From the NCBI GenBank assembly GCA_035368605.1, contig DAOSLF010000007.1, forward strand, positions 13,747 through 77,746: a stretch of 64,000 nt of DNA, in the 5' to 3' direction. Shown piece after piece: positions 39,583 to 49,291 of the stretch (position 1 is the stretch's first letter; each line of letters begins with the position of its first letter). The translations under genes and the position numbers were made by a program. The notes below the pieces were generated by a model. The model was not told the origin of the DNA, did no database searches, and was given only the letters and a program-made list of their open reading frames with translations. The stretch comes from Candidatus Omnitrophota bacterium. Its GTDB lineage: Bacteria; Omnitrophota; Omnitrophia; Omnitrophales; Aquincolibacteriaceae.

Positions 39583-40503
39583 ATGAAGAACGTTCTCGTC
39601 ACGGGCGGATCCGGGTTCATCGGCTCCAACCTCGTCATGGAGCTCCAGAGCAGGTTCCCGGAGGCCTTTATCACGGTCCTTGAGGACTTCCGCAGTTCCT
39701 CGTTCAAGAACCTCCTCGGTTTTAAAGGAGATATCCTGGCCTTTAACTGCGCCGATAAGTCGTGGATGACGTGGGCCAGAGGGAAAAAGCTCGACATCAT
39801 TTATCATATGGCATCCATTACGGATACCACCATCCACGACCAGAAGCTGATGATGAATGACAATGTCGAGGGATTCCGCAATATCCTTGAACTCGGCGTC
39901 GAAAAGAAAGCCCCGGTCATCTACGCCTCCTCCGCCGCCACTTACGGCACGATCGATCGCCTGATCAAGGAATCCGACGCCGGCCGGGCGAATAATATCT
40001 ACGGCTATTCCAAGTGGATCATGGATCAGCTTGCACGGTCCTACTACGGAAAGACCAGGGTCGTGGGACTCCGTTTCTTTAACGTCTTCGGCCCGAAAGA
40101 GGATTTCAAAGGCCACGCGGCCAGCATGATCTACCAGCTCTGTCTCCAAATGATGGAAGGCAAGCGCCCCAGAATCTTCAAGTGGGGCGAACAGAAACGC
40201 GACCATATCTATGTAAAAGACGTCGTGTCGGCCGCTCTCATGGCCCACACGTCGAAACAATCGACGGTCATGAACCTCGGCACCGGCCGCGCGACCTCCT
40301 TTAACGAGATCGTGGATGCCCTGAACGAAGCGCTCGGCACCAGTTTGAAGCCGGATTATTTCGACAATCCCTACGCATCCTTCTACCAGAATTTCACCCA
40401 GGCCGACATGAGCCACCACGAGGCCATGACCGGGTTCCGCTGTAAATTCACGACCCGCGAAGGCATCCTCGATTACGTCCGCAATCACCTCGCCAAAAAA
40501 TAA
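39583..40503 (+). CDS. hldD: ADP-L-glycero-D-manno-heptose 6-epimerase (NAD-dependent epimerase/dehydratase)
   Basis: VLVTGGSGFIGSNL Rossmann motif, the YGYSK catalytic YxxxK, and similarity along the length to HldD/RfaD. Confidence 0.8.
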   Translation: MKNVLVTGGSGFIGSNLVMELQSRFPEAFITVLEDFRSSSFKNLLGFKGDILAFNCADKSWMTWARGKKLDIIYHMASITDTTIHDQKLMMNDNVEGFRNILELGVEKKAPVIYASSAATYGTIDRLIKESDAGRANNIYGYSKWIMDQLARSYYGKTRVVGLRFFNVFGPKEDFKGHAASMIYQLCLQMMEGKRPRIFKWGEQKRDHIYVKDVVSAALMAHTSKQSTVMNLGTGRATSFNEIVDALNEALGTSLKPDYFDNPYASFYQNFTQADMSHHEAMTGFRCKFTTREGILDYVRNHLAKK

Positions 40504-40590
40504 CCGGTTCCGCCTTTACGCTCTTCCAGCGCGTCCCGGGCCACAAAAAGCGGATTGCCCTCTTTTTGCGCGCTATGCTAGACTAGCCCC

Positions 40591-41643
40591 ATGAAACGCG
40601 AACAGTTCATTTCCGTTTTCTTCATTGCGGCGCTTGTTTTCATCGTTTACCTCGTCATCCAGATCTTTTCGCCTTTCATCTCCGCCATGTTCTGGTCCGC
40701 GGTGCTGGCCTTCGCGCTCTTCCCTGCGTACGCCCCTTTCCAGAAACGCTTTCCGAAGCACGGGACTCTGACCGCGACCATCATGACGTTCCTCGTCTTT
40801 ATCCTGATTATCCTGCCTCTTGTGATGATCCTGATTAATGTGACGGCGCAGGCCATCGAGACCTCGCAAGGGATTTACAATTACGTCCGGCAGGGAAAAC
40901 TGGAGCAACTGATCGAAAATATCCGGGCCACGGGCTGGATCCGGAAAGTGGAGACCAAGATCGTCCAATGGGACATGCTGAAACAAAACCTGACGTCCTG
41001 GCTACTCGTCGCGACGGAAAAGATCGGCAACTTCACGGCGTCCCAGGTCGGCACCTTCACGAAGAACATCCTCTTTTTCCTTCTGAACTTTTTTTTCATG
41101 TTCTTCCTGACGTTCGTCTTTTTCAAGCACGGGGCTAAAATCTACGAATTCATCTACCAGATCGCCCCGTTCGAAAAAGAGACCAAGGACACCATCTTCC
41201 GGCAGATCAACGACACCTTCACGGCGGTCATCCGGGGACAAATCCTCACGAGCTTCGCTCAGTCCGTGGTCGCCGGCATCACTTTCTGGATACTGGGCAT
41301 TCCCGTGCCCGTCCTTTTCGCGTTCCTGCTTTTCATCACGTCCATGATCCCCGTCCTCGGAGCCGCGAGCATCTGGCTACCGCTTGTGATCTACCTCGCG
41401 TTGTCGGGGTTCATAATCAAGGCGATCATCCTGGCGGGAGTGGGACTCCTGGGAATCAGTCTGCTCGACAATATCATCAAGCCCGCGATCATCGGGGAGA
41501 GAACGAAACTTCCGTATTTCCTGCTGTTTTTCGGAATCATGGGGGGACTGAAGTTCTTCGGCCTGATGGGAATCTTTCTCGCTCCGGTCGTGCTTTCGGT
41601 CTTCTTCGCGTTGATCCGGATTTACCGCCAGCAATACCTGTAA
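40591..41643 (+). CDS. AI-2E family transporter (PerM/UPF0118)
   Basis: Eight TMs with the characteristic motifs (LFALFPAYAPF ... IPVLGAASIWLP). Confidence 0.85.
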   Translation: MKREQFISVFFIAALVFIVYLVIQIFSPFISAMFWSAVLAFALFPAYAPFQKRFPKHGTLTATIMTFLVFILIILPLVMILINVTAQAIETSQGIYNYVRQGKLEQLIENIRATGWIRKVETKIVQWDMLKQNLTSWLLVATEKIGNFTASQVGTFTKNILFFLLNFFFMFFLTFVFFKHGAKIYEFIYQIAPFEKETKDTIFRQINDTFTAVIRGQILTSFAQSVVAGITFWILGIPVPVLFAFLLFITSMIPVLGAASIWLPLVIYLALSGFIIKAIILAGVGLLGISLLDNIIKPAIIGERTKLPYFLLFFGIMGGLKFFGLMGIFLAPVVLSVFFALIRIYRQQYL

Positions 41644-41725
41644 CCATCGCCGCAAGCCGTAAAGGCACAACGCCGCGCGAAAAAGAATTCCCCGGCGTCT
41701 CGCATCGTATGGCGCGTGGCCTTGT

Positions 41726-42832
41726 TTATCCGCCGAGGATTTTCGTATCCTGGCCGATCTTGATCCCTTTCATCCACGCCTCAAGTTCTTGCGGAGACTG
41801 GCTCGACGCGAGCGCGGTCTCTCGCGTGATAAGCTTCTTCTCCCAAAGCTGAAGCAGTGACTGGTCCATCGTCTGCATTCCCTCCTGGCTGCTGTTCCGG
41901 AGAGCCTGCGCGAGCTTGTCGACCCTGTGCTCCATAATGAGCTGTTTGATAATATAACTGCCCAGCATGATCTCCACGGCAGGGACGAGGCTTTTCCCGT
42001 CGGCGCCGACAAGGAGCTTTTGTACCGCGATACAGCTGACATTCATGGCAAAATGCCGCAGCACCGCCTCACGGTGTTCGGGGGCAAAGAAACCCAGCAC
42101 GCGGTCAAAAACTTGCCCGACCGACTGGGCGTGCACGGTAGAGATCACGAGACGGCCCACCTCGGCCGAGGCAAGCGCAAAACTGAACGATTCGGCATCC
42201 CGCATTTCTCCGATCACAACCACGTCCGGGGACTGCCGGACAATGTATTTCATCGCCGACGCAAAACTCTCCGTATCCTCCCCGACCTCCCGCTGCTGGA
42301 TCAGGCACTGCTTGTCCTCATGGAGATATTCGATGGGGTCCTCGATCGTGATCACATGTTTCTGGGCGTTTTCATTCATCGTATGGATCATCGCGGCGAT
42401 CGTTGTCGTTTTCCCGGAGGAGACCGTGCCGCCGATCAGGATGATGCCGGCCTTCTCGAGAGCCACTTTTTGCAGGATGGGAGGAAGCGCCAGCTGCGAG
42501 AAATCCGGAACCCCTTTCCACAAGAGACGGAAGACAGCCGAAAGCGTTCCCTGCTGATAAAAGATGTTCCCTCGGAAGCGGCAGCCCTTTCCGGAGTGCG
42601 TTAAACCGAAGTCGATGCTCTTGTTCTTCGTCAGTCCTTCGAGCTGCTTGGGCGTCAGGATCTCGCGGCTCATCGCCTCGATCCTTTCCCCGGTCACAGG
42701 CGGGAACGGAAGCGGCGTCACGAGATGACCGAGCCGCATGCGCGGCGCCGTGTCCGCCTTGAAAAACACGTCCTGCCCCTTCAGGTCGATCGCATACTCC
42801 AGCACGGACATTAGTAAAGCTCGTTCGCTCAT
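41726..42832 (-). CDS. pilT: type IV pilus twitching motility ATPase PilT/PilU family
   Basis: Walker A GGTVSSGKTTT, His box, Asp box (VVVIGEMRD), and a PilT N-terminal domain. I trimmed the start to MSERALL. Confidence 0.85.
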   Translation of the reverse strand: MSERALLMSVLEYAIDLKGQDVFFKADTAPRMRLGHLVTPLPFPPVTGERIEAMSREILTPKQLEGLTKNKSIDFGLTHSGKGCRFRGNIFYQQGTLSAVFRLLWKGVPDFSQLALPPILQKVALEKAGIILIGGTVSSGKTTTIAAMIHTMNENAQKHVITIEDPIEYLHEDKQCLIQQREVGEDTESFASAMKYIVRQSPDVVVIGEMRDAESFSFALASAEVGRLVISTVHAQSVGQVFDRVLGFFAPEHREAVLRHFAMNVSCIAVQKLLVGADGKSLVPAVEIMLGSYIIKQLIMEHRVDKLAQALRNSSQEGMQTMDQSLLQLWEKKLITRETALASSQSPQELEAWMKGIKIGQDTKILGG

Positions 42833-42990
42833 GGGCAGCCTTTCTGTTCGATGAACAGCCGTTAGAAACACGGGGGTATTGTAACACTCGGCTTTGCCGT
42901 CAAACAAGTGTATCGGCCAGGCAGTTTAAAATTGCATTCCATTTTCGCCTTTGTTTGATTATCATATTTTTCCGTGAGGGTCTCCATATT

Positions 42991-44370
42991 ATGAGGGTCG
43001 AAAAAAGAACGCCGGTCGCCGCCATCTATGAGAAGGCCTACTATCTTTATCAGATTCGCATTCTCGCGATCCTTGCCCTGATCTCACTCTATATCTTCAC
43101 GAAGCGGTGGGTGGGCTCGGAGGCCAACCTCTGGCCGCTCCTTGGCGTCATCCTGATCGAGATTTTTGTCAACCGGCCCTACAAGTTCCTCTTTACCGAT
43201 TCCGTCGCGGGTTACCGGGTGCTTCTCTGGTCCGTCGTCATCGACTTCGCCGCGGAAACGACGGCCCTGCACCTCCTCGGCGAGATGGACCTTTTCATCT
43301 ACGGAATCTGCTATTTCATCTCGATCGTCTATTGCGCCCTCAACATCCGCGCGTCCCTGAGCTTCGCCTTCGCGACCCTGGCCTCGGCAATTCATATCGT
43401 GTTGCTCGTCCTGGAGCATTTCCATGTAATCCCCGCTACCGTATCCTTCGCCGGACAGGCCGTCACCTGGAGCGAGCAACTCGGCATGACGGTACGGTAT
43501 ATCGCCTTTTTTTATCTTCTCGCGATTTTCGTGCGGTTCATGGGAAAGGCGCTGATACAGAAAGAGGAAAAGCTCGAGGACCTGATCCGGGAGCTCAAGA
43601 GCACAAACGAAGAAACGAAATACGCATACCACCTTCAGACTGATTATTTCGCGCGCATGAGCCACGAGATCCGGGCGCCCTTGAACTCCATCCTCGGTTT
43701 CTCGCAACTCCTGCTCGAGAACGCAACGGGTCCTCTTTCCGACAAGCAGCGGGACTTTATCACGCGCATCGAACGCGGTAGCCGCCACCTCCGGGACATG
43801 ATCAATGACGTGCTGGACCTTTCCAAGATCGAATCCAAGAAAATGAGCCTCACGCTCAGGGAAACGAACCTCGTCAAGGTCCTTGGTTCCGTCTACGACT
43901 TTTTCTACGAAGAAGCCTGCCTGAAAAAAATCGTCTACAGGTTCGTCGAAAAACCCCGACAGCCCCTGTTCGTGACCTGCGACGAACTCAAGATTCGCCA
44001 GGTCCTCTACAATCTGCTTTCGAACGCCATGAAATTCACTCCCCGGGGCGGACGGGTCAGCATTTCGCTGAAAAAAGGAACGGAAGGCGCGGTGATCTGC
44101 GTGGAGGATTCGGGCCCCGGTATTGACCGGGAATTCCAGAAGGTGATCTTTACACCTTATGAGCAGGCGGGGCGGACCGTGACCGAAGAGACCAGGGGGA
44201 CGGGTCTCGGCCTTGCGATCTCAAAACAGTTCGTGGATCTGCACGGCGGGAAGATTCGGGTCGAAAGCGATCCGGGACACGGCGCCCGTTTCTATGTCGA
44301 GCTTCCGTTCAAGGCCAAACCACCGGTCGAAAATCCGATGGATGAGATCGGACCACAGCCCCGCTCCTGA
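42991..44370 (+). CDS. sensor histidine kinase (polytopic membrane N-terminus, HisKA + HATPase_c)
   Basis: Five to six TMs, an H-box MSHEIRAPLNSI, an N-box LLSNAMKFT, and G-boxes DSGPGI ... GTGLGLAI. Confidence 0.85.
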   Translation: MRVEKRTPVAAIYEKAYYLYQIRILAILALISLYIFTKRWVGSEANLWPLLGVILIEIFVNRPYKFLFTDSVAGYRVLLWSVVIDFAAETTALHLLGEMDLFIYGICYFISIVYCALNIRASLSFAFATLASAIHIVLLVLEHFHVIPATVSFAGQAVTWSEQLGMTVRYIAFFYLLAIFVRFMGKALIQKEEKLEDLIRELKSTNEETKYAYHLQTDYFARMSHEIRAPLNSILGFSQLLLENATGPLSDKQRDFITRIERGSRHLRDMINDVLDLSKIESKKMSLTLRETNLVKVLGSVYDFFYEEACLKKIVYRFVEKPRQPLFVTCDELKIRQVLYNLLSNAMKFTPRGGRVSISLKKGTEGAVICVEDSGPGIDREFQKVIFTPYEQAGRTVTEETRGTGLGLAISKQFVDLHGGKIRVESDPGHGARFYVELPFKAKPPVENPMDEIGPQPRS

Positions 44371-44372
44371 GA

Positions 44373-44708
44373 TCACCCCCCTTTTAAACCCCGCAAGCCC
44401 CGACAATAGTCCTTCGCTCGTTTAGTATTCCACCCGATCGGGAAATCACGGCACTGCGCGGGCCTGGCCGCATACACCGCGCAGCGTTCCCCCTCCAGGA
44501 AGACACAAACCTCATCGGAGTGTTGTTTCAGGACAAGCTGCCGATTCTCGAGGACATCGCAGAAACGGTCCGTAAAATCGTAAAGACCGATCCCGAGGTG
44601 GGACGCCATCTTCCCGGCTTCACCTTCCGCCAGGTAGACGAACCCGGGTTGACGACAGCAGGAACCGCATTGACGGCACCGGAAGGAAGACATAAAACAA
44701 AAGGACAC
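44373..44708 (-). CDS. YkgJ family cysteine cluster protein (UPF0153 Fe-S/Zn-binding)
   Basis: CRQCGSCCRQPG ... C...C pattern in a 111-aa protein. Confidence 0.65.
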   Translation of the reverse strand: MSFCFMSSFRCRQCGSCCRQPGFVYLAEGEAGKMASHLGIGLYDFTDRFCDVLENRQLVLKQHSDEVCVFLEGERCAVYAARPAQCRDFPIGWNTKRAKDYCRGLRGLKGG

Positions 44709-44777
44709 GGGACTTGTCCCCGGGCCTCGTCCCTTTAGTGGAGCGCGAGTCCCGGGGCACGAATCCCGGATGCCTGA

Positions 44778-45122
44778 TTATTTTTTGACGAGTTGCTTTT
44801 CCACAAAATCGCCGGCCACAGGAAGTTTATACCGCTCCCCCTTGTAGGCCTTGACCATCAGAACAATCCAGAGGACAAAACAGAGAATGCTGATGCAGAA
44901 CGAGAGCAACCATCCCAGAAGCGGAATGAACACGAGCACGAAGGACGCCGCGTGCAGGGCTCCGAACGCCACGAGGGACTGCAGGGCGTGGAACTTCACG
45001 TACTCATTTTCTTTCTCCAGGATAAGAAAAATCAGACCGCTGACCCAGCCGACCGCATAGCAAAGAAGGGCTTCCAGATTCTCTGTAACGCCCAACACTG
45101 TTTTCTTGTTCTCTTCCACCAT
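44778..45122 (-). CDS. DUF4870 domain membrane protein
   Basis: LCYAVGWVSGLIFLILEKENEYVKFHALQS is the conserved DUF4870 motif, with three TMs. Confidence 0.6.
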   Translation of the reverse strand: MVEENKKTVLGVTENLEALLCYAVGWVSGLIFLILEKENEYVKFHALQSLVAFGALHAASFVLVFIPLLGWLLSFCISILCFVLWIVLMVKAYKGERYKLPVAGDFVEKQLVKK

Positions 45123-45262
45123 AGCGACACCTCACTGTTAGGATATTCAAAGCCGCGCTCATTGTACCGCTTCGGCCTTCAAAAAACTACCCCCACGCCG
45201 GGAATCCGTTCTATAATTTGTCGCCGCTCCGACGGGGCAGCTCACCATTCAAAGGAGACTCT

Positions 45263-45652
45263 ATGCCGACCATCTTCGCCAAAATACTTTCGGGAGAGAT
45301 CCCGTCCCACAAGATTCTGGAAAACGGAAAATACTTCGCCTTTCTCGACATCCGTCCCGTAAATCCCGGCCACACCCTCGTCATTCCCAAAAAGGAAGTC
45401 GACTACATCTTCGATATGGAGGACGACCTTCTGGGAGGATTGATGGTCTTTGCGAAAAAAGTGGCCAAAGCGATCGGCAAGGCCTTCCCCTGCCAAAAGG
45501 TCGGGGTCATGGTCGCCGGGCTCGAGGTCCCGCATACACATATTCATCTCATCCCGATAAACGCCGTCAATGACCTCAATTTCGCCCGGGCCAAAAACGC
45601 TTCCCCGGATGAACTGGCCGAAGCCGCCCGAAAGATCCGAGCGGCCCTGTAA
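45263..45652 (+). CDS. HIT family protein (histidine triad nucleotide-binding)
   Basis: IFAKILSGEIP ... NPGHTLVIPK ... HTHIHLIP histidine triad. Confidence 0.85.
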   Translation: MPTIFAKILSGEIPSHKILENGKYFAFLDIRPVNPGHTLVIPKKEVDYIFDMEDDLLGGLMVFAKKVAKAIGKAFPCQKVGVMVAGLEVPHTHIHLIPINAVNDLNFARAKNASPDELAEAARKIRAAL

Positions 45653-45681
45653 CCGTTTTCAATCGCGCGGGTTGAAACAGT

Positions 45682-46221
45682 TTACTTCTTTTTTTTGGCC
45701 TTTTTAGGAGCTGGCTTCTTCTTTTTGGGGGAGGGAGCTTCCTTGACCGGAAGGGCCGCCTTTTTCACTTCAACGGGAACCGTTCCCGTCTGCTTCAGAT
45801 GCGCCGGCACCACCACACCGGACGTGGGATCCTTCGGGGTGTGGCCGGCCTTGCGGATCGCCCAGCACTCGGGGCAATAAACCGGGCGCCCTTCGCGCGG
45901 TTTAAACGGCACTTCGCAGTTCTTCCGGCAATCCGAACAGACCGCCTGGAAGAGCCGCCTTTCCTGCAGGCCGGGGTTCGTCTGGAAAACGGGCTCCGGA
46001 TGGAAAGCCTGGGCCGGACGCGGGGTCCCCTGGATCGCGTGACAGATTTCGGACGGCAGGTTTGCGATCCTTCCGGACATCTGGTCCGCCTTGCGTTCGA
46101 GAACCTCGAGCCGCTCGACGAGCCTCATCATGGCCGTTACGAGGTCCGGCATCTCCGGTCCCCGGGCCTTCGCTTTTTTAGAAGTCCCTTTCGACGCCTT
46201 CGCTTTTGTCCGCGATGCCAT
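45682..46221 (-). CDS. lysine-rich zinc-finger protein (CxxC-x17-CxxC, DksA/TraR-like spacing) with a KPAPKKAKKKK tail
   Basis: K-rich N- and C-termini, a central predicted helix, and CSDC-x17-CPEC. No confident family assignment. Confidence 0.5.
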   Translation of the reverse strand: MASRTKAKASKGTSKKAKARGPEMPDLVTAMMRLVERLEVLERKADQMSGRIANLPSEICHAIQGTPRPAQAFHPEPVFQTNPGLQERRLFQAVCSDCRKNCEVPFKPREGRPVYCPECWAIRKAGHTPKDPTSGVVVPAHLKQTGTVPVEVKKAALPVKEAPSPKKKKPAPKKAKKKK

Positions 46222-46224
46222 GGT

Positions 46225-46386
46225 TCACTTCCCTTCCTTTAAAAGATCGATGACCGTTTCGAGCTGCGCCGAGATCTTCCGGAGCAAATCCGTCTGCTCC
46301 TTCACGGCGCGCTCCTGTTTCGCCTGCAGTTCCTTCGCCTCGCCGGCGATCTTCGCCATGTCCCCGAGCTTCCCGAGATCGAACAT
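46225..46386 (-). CDS. small (53 aa) coiled-coil ORF, not in ORF track
   Basis: Own translation MFDLGKLGDMAKIAGEAKELQAKQERAVKEQTDLLRKISAQLETVIDLLKEGK. GGAGG lies 4 nt upstream of the ATG, and the stop is 3 nt before the next gene start. Confidence 0.35.
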   Translation of the reverse strand: MFDLGKLGDMAKIAGEAKELQAKQERAVKEQTDLLRKISAQLETVIDLLKEGK

Positions 46387-46498
46387 CACGCCTCCTTTTG
46401 CCCCTCACAGGGATTTTCTAAAAATCCGTTCAACAATCGTATCTTCTCTGTAAAAATTCAGCGGGTGTCGCGGCCCGCGCTTGCCGGAGAACCGCTGG

Positions 46499-48139
46499 TC
46501 ACATCCAGTACGCCGGATCGTACATTTGTCCGGCGAGGTATTTTTTCAGGTCCTTCGGTCTCGGTTTCGCCGCAAGCTTTCGCGCGTAGGCCACCTCCGT
46601 GACGGCCACCGCGATGCCGAGCGAGACCTTCCGGATATCCCGAAGCGGCGGGTAGATGCTCCCCATCGCGAGGTCTTCCGGTTTCACCATTCCCGCGAGC
46701 GCCTTCGCCGCTGCGAAGAACATCTCGTCCGTCACGCGCCGGACGCGGCATGCCGTAATCCCCAGGCCCACGCCGGGGAAGATATAGGCGTTATTGCCCT
46801 GACCCGGCACGAACCGTTTTCCTTTATAGTCAACCGGCGCGAACGGACTGCCGCTCGCGAAGATCGCGCGACCGCCCGTAAACCGGTAGGCCTGTTCGGC
46901 CGTGCATTCAGAGTGGCTCGTGGGATTCGACATCGCGAACACGATGGGCCGTTCATTAATCGCGGCCATCGCCTCGAGGACCTTTTTCGTGAACGTCCCC
47001 GGTCGCCCCGAAACACCGACAATCGCTGTCGGTTTCACGAGCTTCACCGCGCTCAGACAATCCGGAACACCCGCCGTCTCCGCCGCGAAGACGCGCTTGT
47101 GCGGATTCAGGTCCCGGCGGCTCGTCACAATCAACCCCTTGGAATCGATAAAGAAACACCGTCGCCGCGCTTCCTGTTCGGTAAGTCCTTCCTTCACCAT
47201 GGCTCCGACGACAAGGTTCCCGATGCCAAGCCCGGCCTCACCCGCGCCCAGGAAAAGAATCCTCTGGCTCTTCAAGTCCTGCTTGAGAATGCGGACCGCG
47301 GAATAAAGCCCGGCCAGCGCTACGCTCGCGGTTCCCTGGATGTCATCGTTGAACGAACAGACGCGATCGCGATATTTTTGAAGGATCCGGAAAGCGTTGT
47401 GATTCGCGAAATCCTCGAACTGGATCAGGACATCCGGAAAAACCTTTCGGGCAGCGTTGATGAATTCGTCGACAAGCCCGTCGTAAATTTCGCCGCGCAG
47501 CCGGCGTTCCGGCATCCCGGGATAAAAGGGGTCTTTAAGAAGCGTTTCATTGTTCGTCCCGACATCCAGCGTCACCGGGAGGCAATGCTCCGGACGGACA
47601 CCGGCGCACGCGGTATAGATCATGAGTTTCCCCACCGGAATACCCATCCCGCCCGCGCCCTGGTCCCCGAGACCGAGAATGCGTTCACCGTCCGTCACGA
47701 CAATGATACGGACATCCTTGTAAGGCCAGTGTTTCAGGACCTTTTGGACCTGTCCCCGATCCTTCGCGGTGATATAAAGACCGGGGGTCCCTTTCTGATG
47801 GATCCGGCCGTACTCCTGACAGACCTTGCCGACCGTCGGCGTATAGACGATCGGCATCAGCTCGCTCACATGGTCCATCAACGCGCGGTAAAAAAGCGTC
47901 TTGTTACGGTCCTGAAGCGCGGAAAGGTAAATATATTTCTCAAGATCCGTGTTTTTCGCGCGCACATTGTCCATGACCCGGGCGACCTGGGTCTCCAGCG
48001 AATTGACGCGGGGAGGCAAAAGGCCGGTAAGCCCGAATGCGTTTCGCTCCGCGCGGGTAAAACCGGTCCCTTTGTTGAGCATCGAATCGCGCAAAAGCTC
48101 CGCGCCCCGGGGGATTCTTGTCTTTTTCCTGTCCTTCAT
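46499..48139 (-). CDS. NAD-dependent malic enzyme (oxaloacetate-decarboxylating malate dehydrogenase)
   Basis: NKGTGFT..ER...GL.GLLPP, VYTPTVG, and dinucleotide-binding GAGEAGLGIG motifs. Confidence 0.9.
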   Translation of the reverse strand: MKDRKKTRIPRGAELLRDSMLNKGTGFTRAERNAFGLTGLLPPRVNSLETQVARVMDNVRAKNTDLEKYIYLSALQDRNKTLFYRALMDHVSELMPIVYTPTVGKVCQEYGRIHQKGTPGLYITAKDRGQVQKVLKHWPYKDVRIIVVTDGERILGLGDQGAGGMGIPVGKLMIYTACAGVRPEHCLPVTLDVGTNNETLLKDPFYPGMPERRLRGEIYDGLVDEFINAARKVFPDVLIQFEDFANHNAFRILQKYRDRVCSFNDDIQGTASVALAGLYSAVRILKQDLKSQRILFLGAGEAGLGIGNLVVGAMVKEGLTEQEARRRCFFIDSKGLIVTSRRDLNPHKRVFAAETAGVPDCLSAVKLVKPTAIVGVSGRPGTFTKKVLEAMAAINERPIVFAMSNPTSHSECTAEQAYRFTGGRAIFASGSPFAPVDYKGKRFVPGQGNNAYIFPGVGLGITACRVRRVTDEMFFAAAKALAGMVKPEDLAMGSIYPPLRDIRKVSLGIAVAVTEVAYARKLAAKPRPKDLKKYLAGQMYDPAYWM

Positions 48140-48192
48140 GAAAACTCCGTGATCTTATGTCCTGGGATTGGAAGAAAACGCCGGAACCACCA

Positions 48193-48789
48193 TCAGCAAT
48201 CCTTCAAAAAGGCGGCAAGAAGTTCCCGGTAAGTAACCGTCACGGGGAACCCCGGGAACTCCTTCACGATTTTCGCCGGCGGACGGAAAAGAATCCCGCG
48301 ATCCGCCGTCTGCAGCATCGAAATATCGTTGTAAGAATCCCCCGCCGCGACGACGCTGAAACCGAGCCCCTTGATCGCCCGCACGGCTTCTTTCTTGCCG
48401 TTCTTCTGCCGCAGGTGGTAGTTCGCGATGAAGCCTTTCTTGTCGGTCGAAAGCCGGTTGCAAAAAAGAGTCGGACGCCCAAGCTTCTCCATCATCGGCC
48501 CCGCGAATTCGTAATAGGTATCGGAAAGGATGATAACCTGGAACCGTTTGCGGAGCTTCGCGAGGAACGCCTTTGCGCCGGGGAGCGGACTCATTCCGCG
48601 GATCACAGTCTGGATGTCGCGAAGACGGATTCTCTCCCGTTTCAGGATGCCAAGCCGGTAGCGCATCAGCTTGTCGTAATCGGGTTCGTCGCGCGTCGTG
48701 ATCTCAAGCTCCTTCAGGCGAGTCTTTTTCGCCACATTGATCCAGATTTCCGGGATCAGCACGCCTTCCAAATCAAGACAACAGATCAT
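48193..48789 (-). CDS. thrH: bifunctional phosphoserine phosphatase / homoserine phosphotransferase ThrH
   Basis: MICCLDLEGVLIPEIWI closely matches the ThrH N-terminus (DxD HAD motif), and the length is about 200 aa. Confidence 0.75.
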   Translation of the reverse strand: MICCLDLEGVLIPEIWINVAKKTRLKELEITTRDEPDYDKLMRYRLGILKRERIRLRDIQTVIRGMSPLPGAKAFLAKLRKRFQVIILSDTYYEFAGPMMEKLGRPTLFCNRLSTDKKGFIANYHLRQKNGKKEAVRAIKGLGFSVVAAGDSYNDISMLQTADRGILFRPPAKIVKEFPGFPVTVTYRELLAAFLKDC

Positions 48790-48868
48790 AAGCTCCTCCA
48801 GCACGGCGTACGGAGTATCGAGCACGGCGGATTAAAACCCCTAACGTTCCGTACCCCGTACTGATTTT

Positions 48869-49219
48869 CTATTGAAGTTCTTTCAGTTCCTTGTCGATTT
48901 TCTCGACGCCGCTTCCCGCATCCTCATAATACATCATGACGTTGGGCGCCTCAAAGAGCGGGTTTATGATGCCGGAAAATCCCGCGGCAAGGCTGCGCTT
49001 GACCACGGTCACGCTTTTCACCTTGTCCGCGTCCAGGATTGCATTGCCATAGACCAAACTGCCGGGCTTCGGCTTTTGCGTATTCCGCGCCCGGATAACC
49101 GGAATCGACGCCGGCGCCTTCCTCGATCACACCGTCCGGACCATCTTTTTGGCTGTCTCGGGAGTCACTGCAGCGCGAAACTCTCCCGGGGAAGTCTCTT
49201 TAAGAACGGATATTCTCAT
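48869..49219 (-). pseudogene. frameshifted N-terminal remnant of an AlaDH/PNT-family gene (NAD(P) transhydrogenase alpha subunit or alanine dehydrogenase)
   Basis: Own translation MRISVLKETSPGEFRAAVTPETAKKMVRTV* then, shifted, IEEGAGVDSGYPGAEYAKAEA..., then the 62-aa ORF. This matches the PntA/Ald N-terminus (MRIGIPKE..GE.RVA.TPE.VKKL...G..V.VE.GAG). The remaining two-thirds of the gene is absent. Confidence 0.4.
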
Positions 49220-49291
49220 GATCTTAGGCCCTGTTTGAAGGGCAAATTATAACCAAGAAAGGAGAAGCCGGCCACTGATTCTGCCAGCCGC

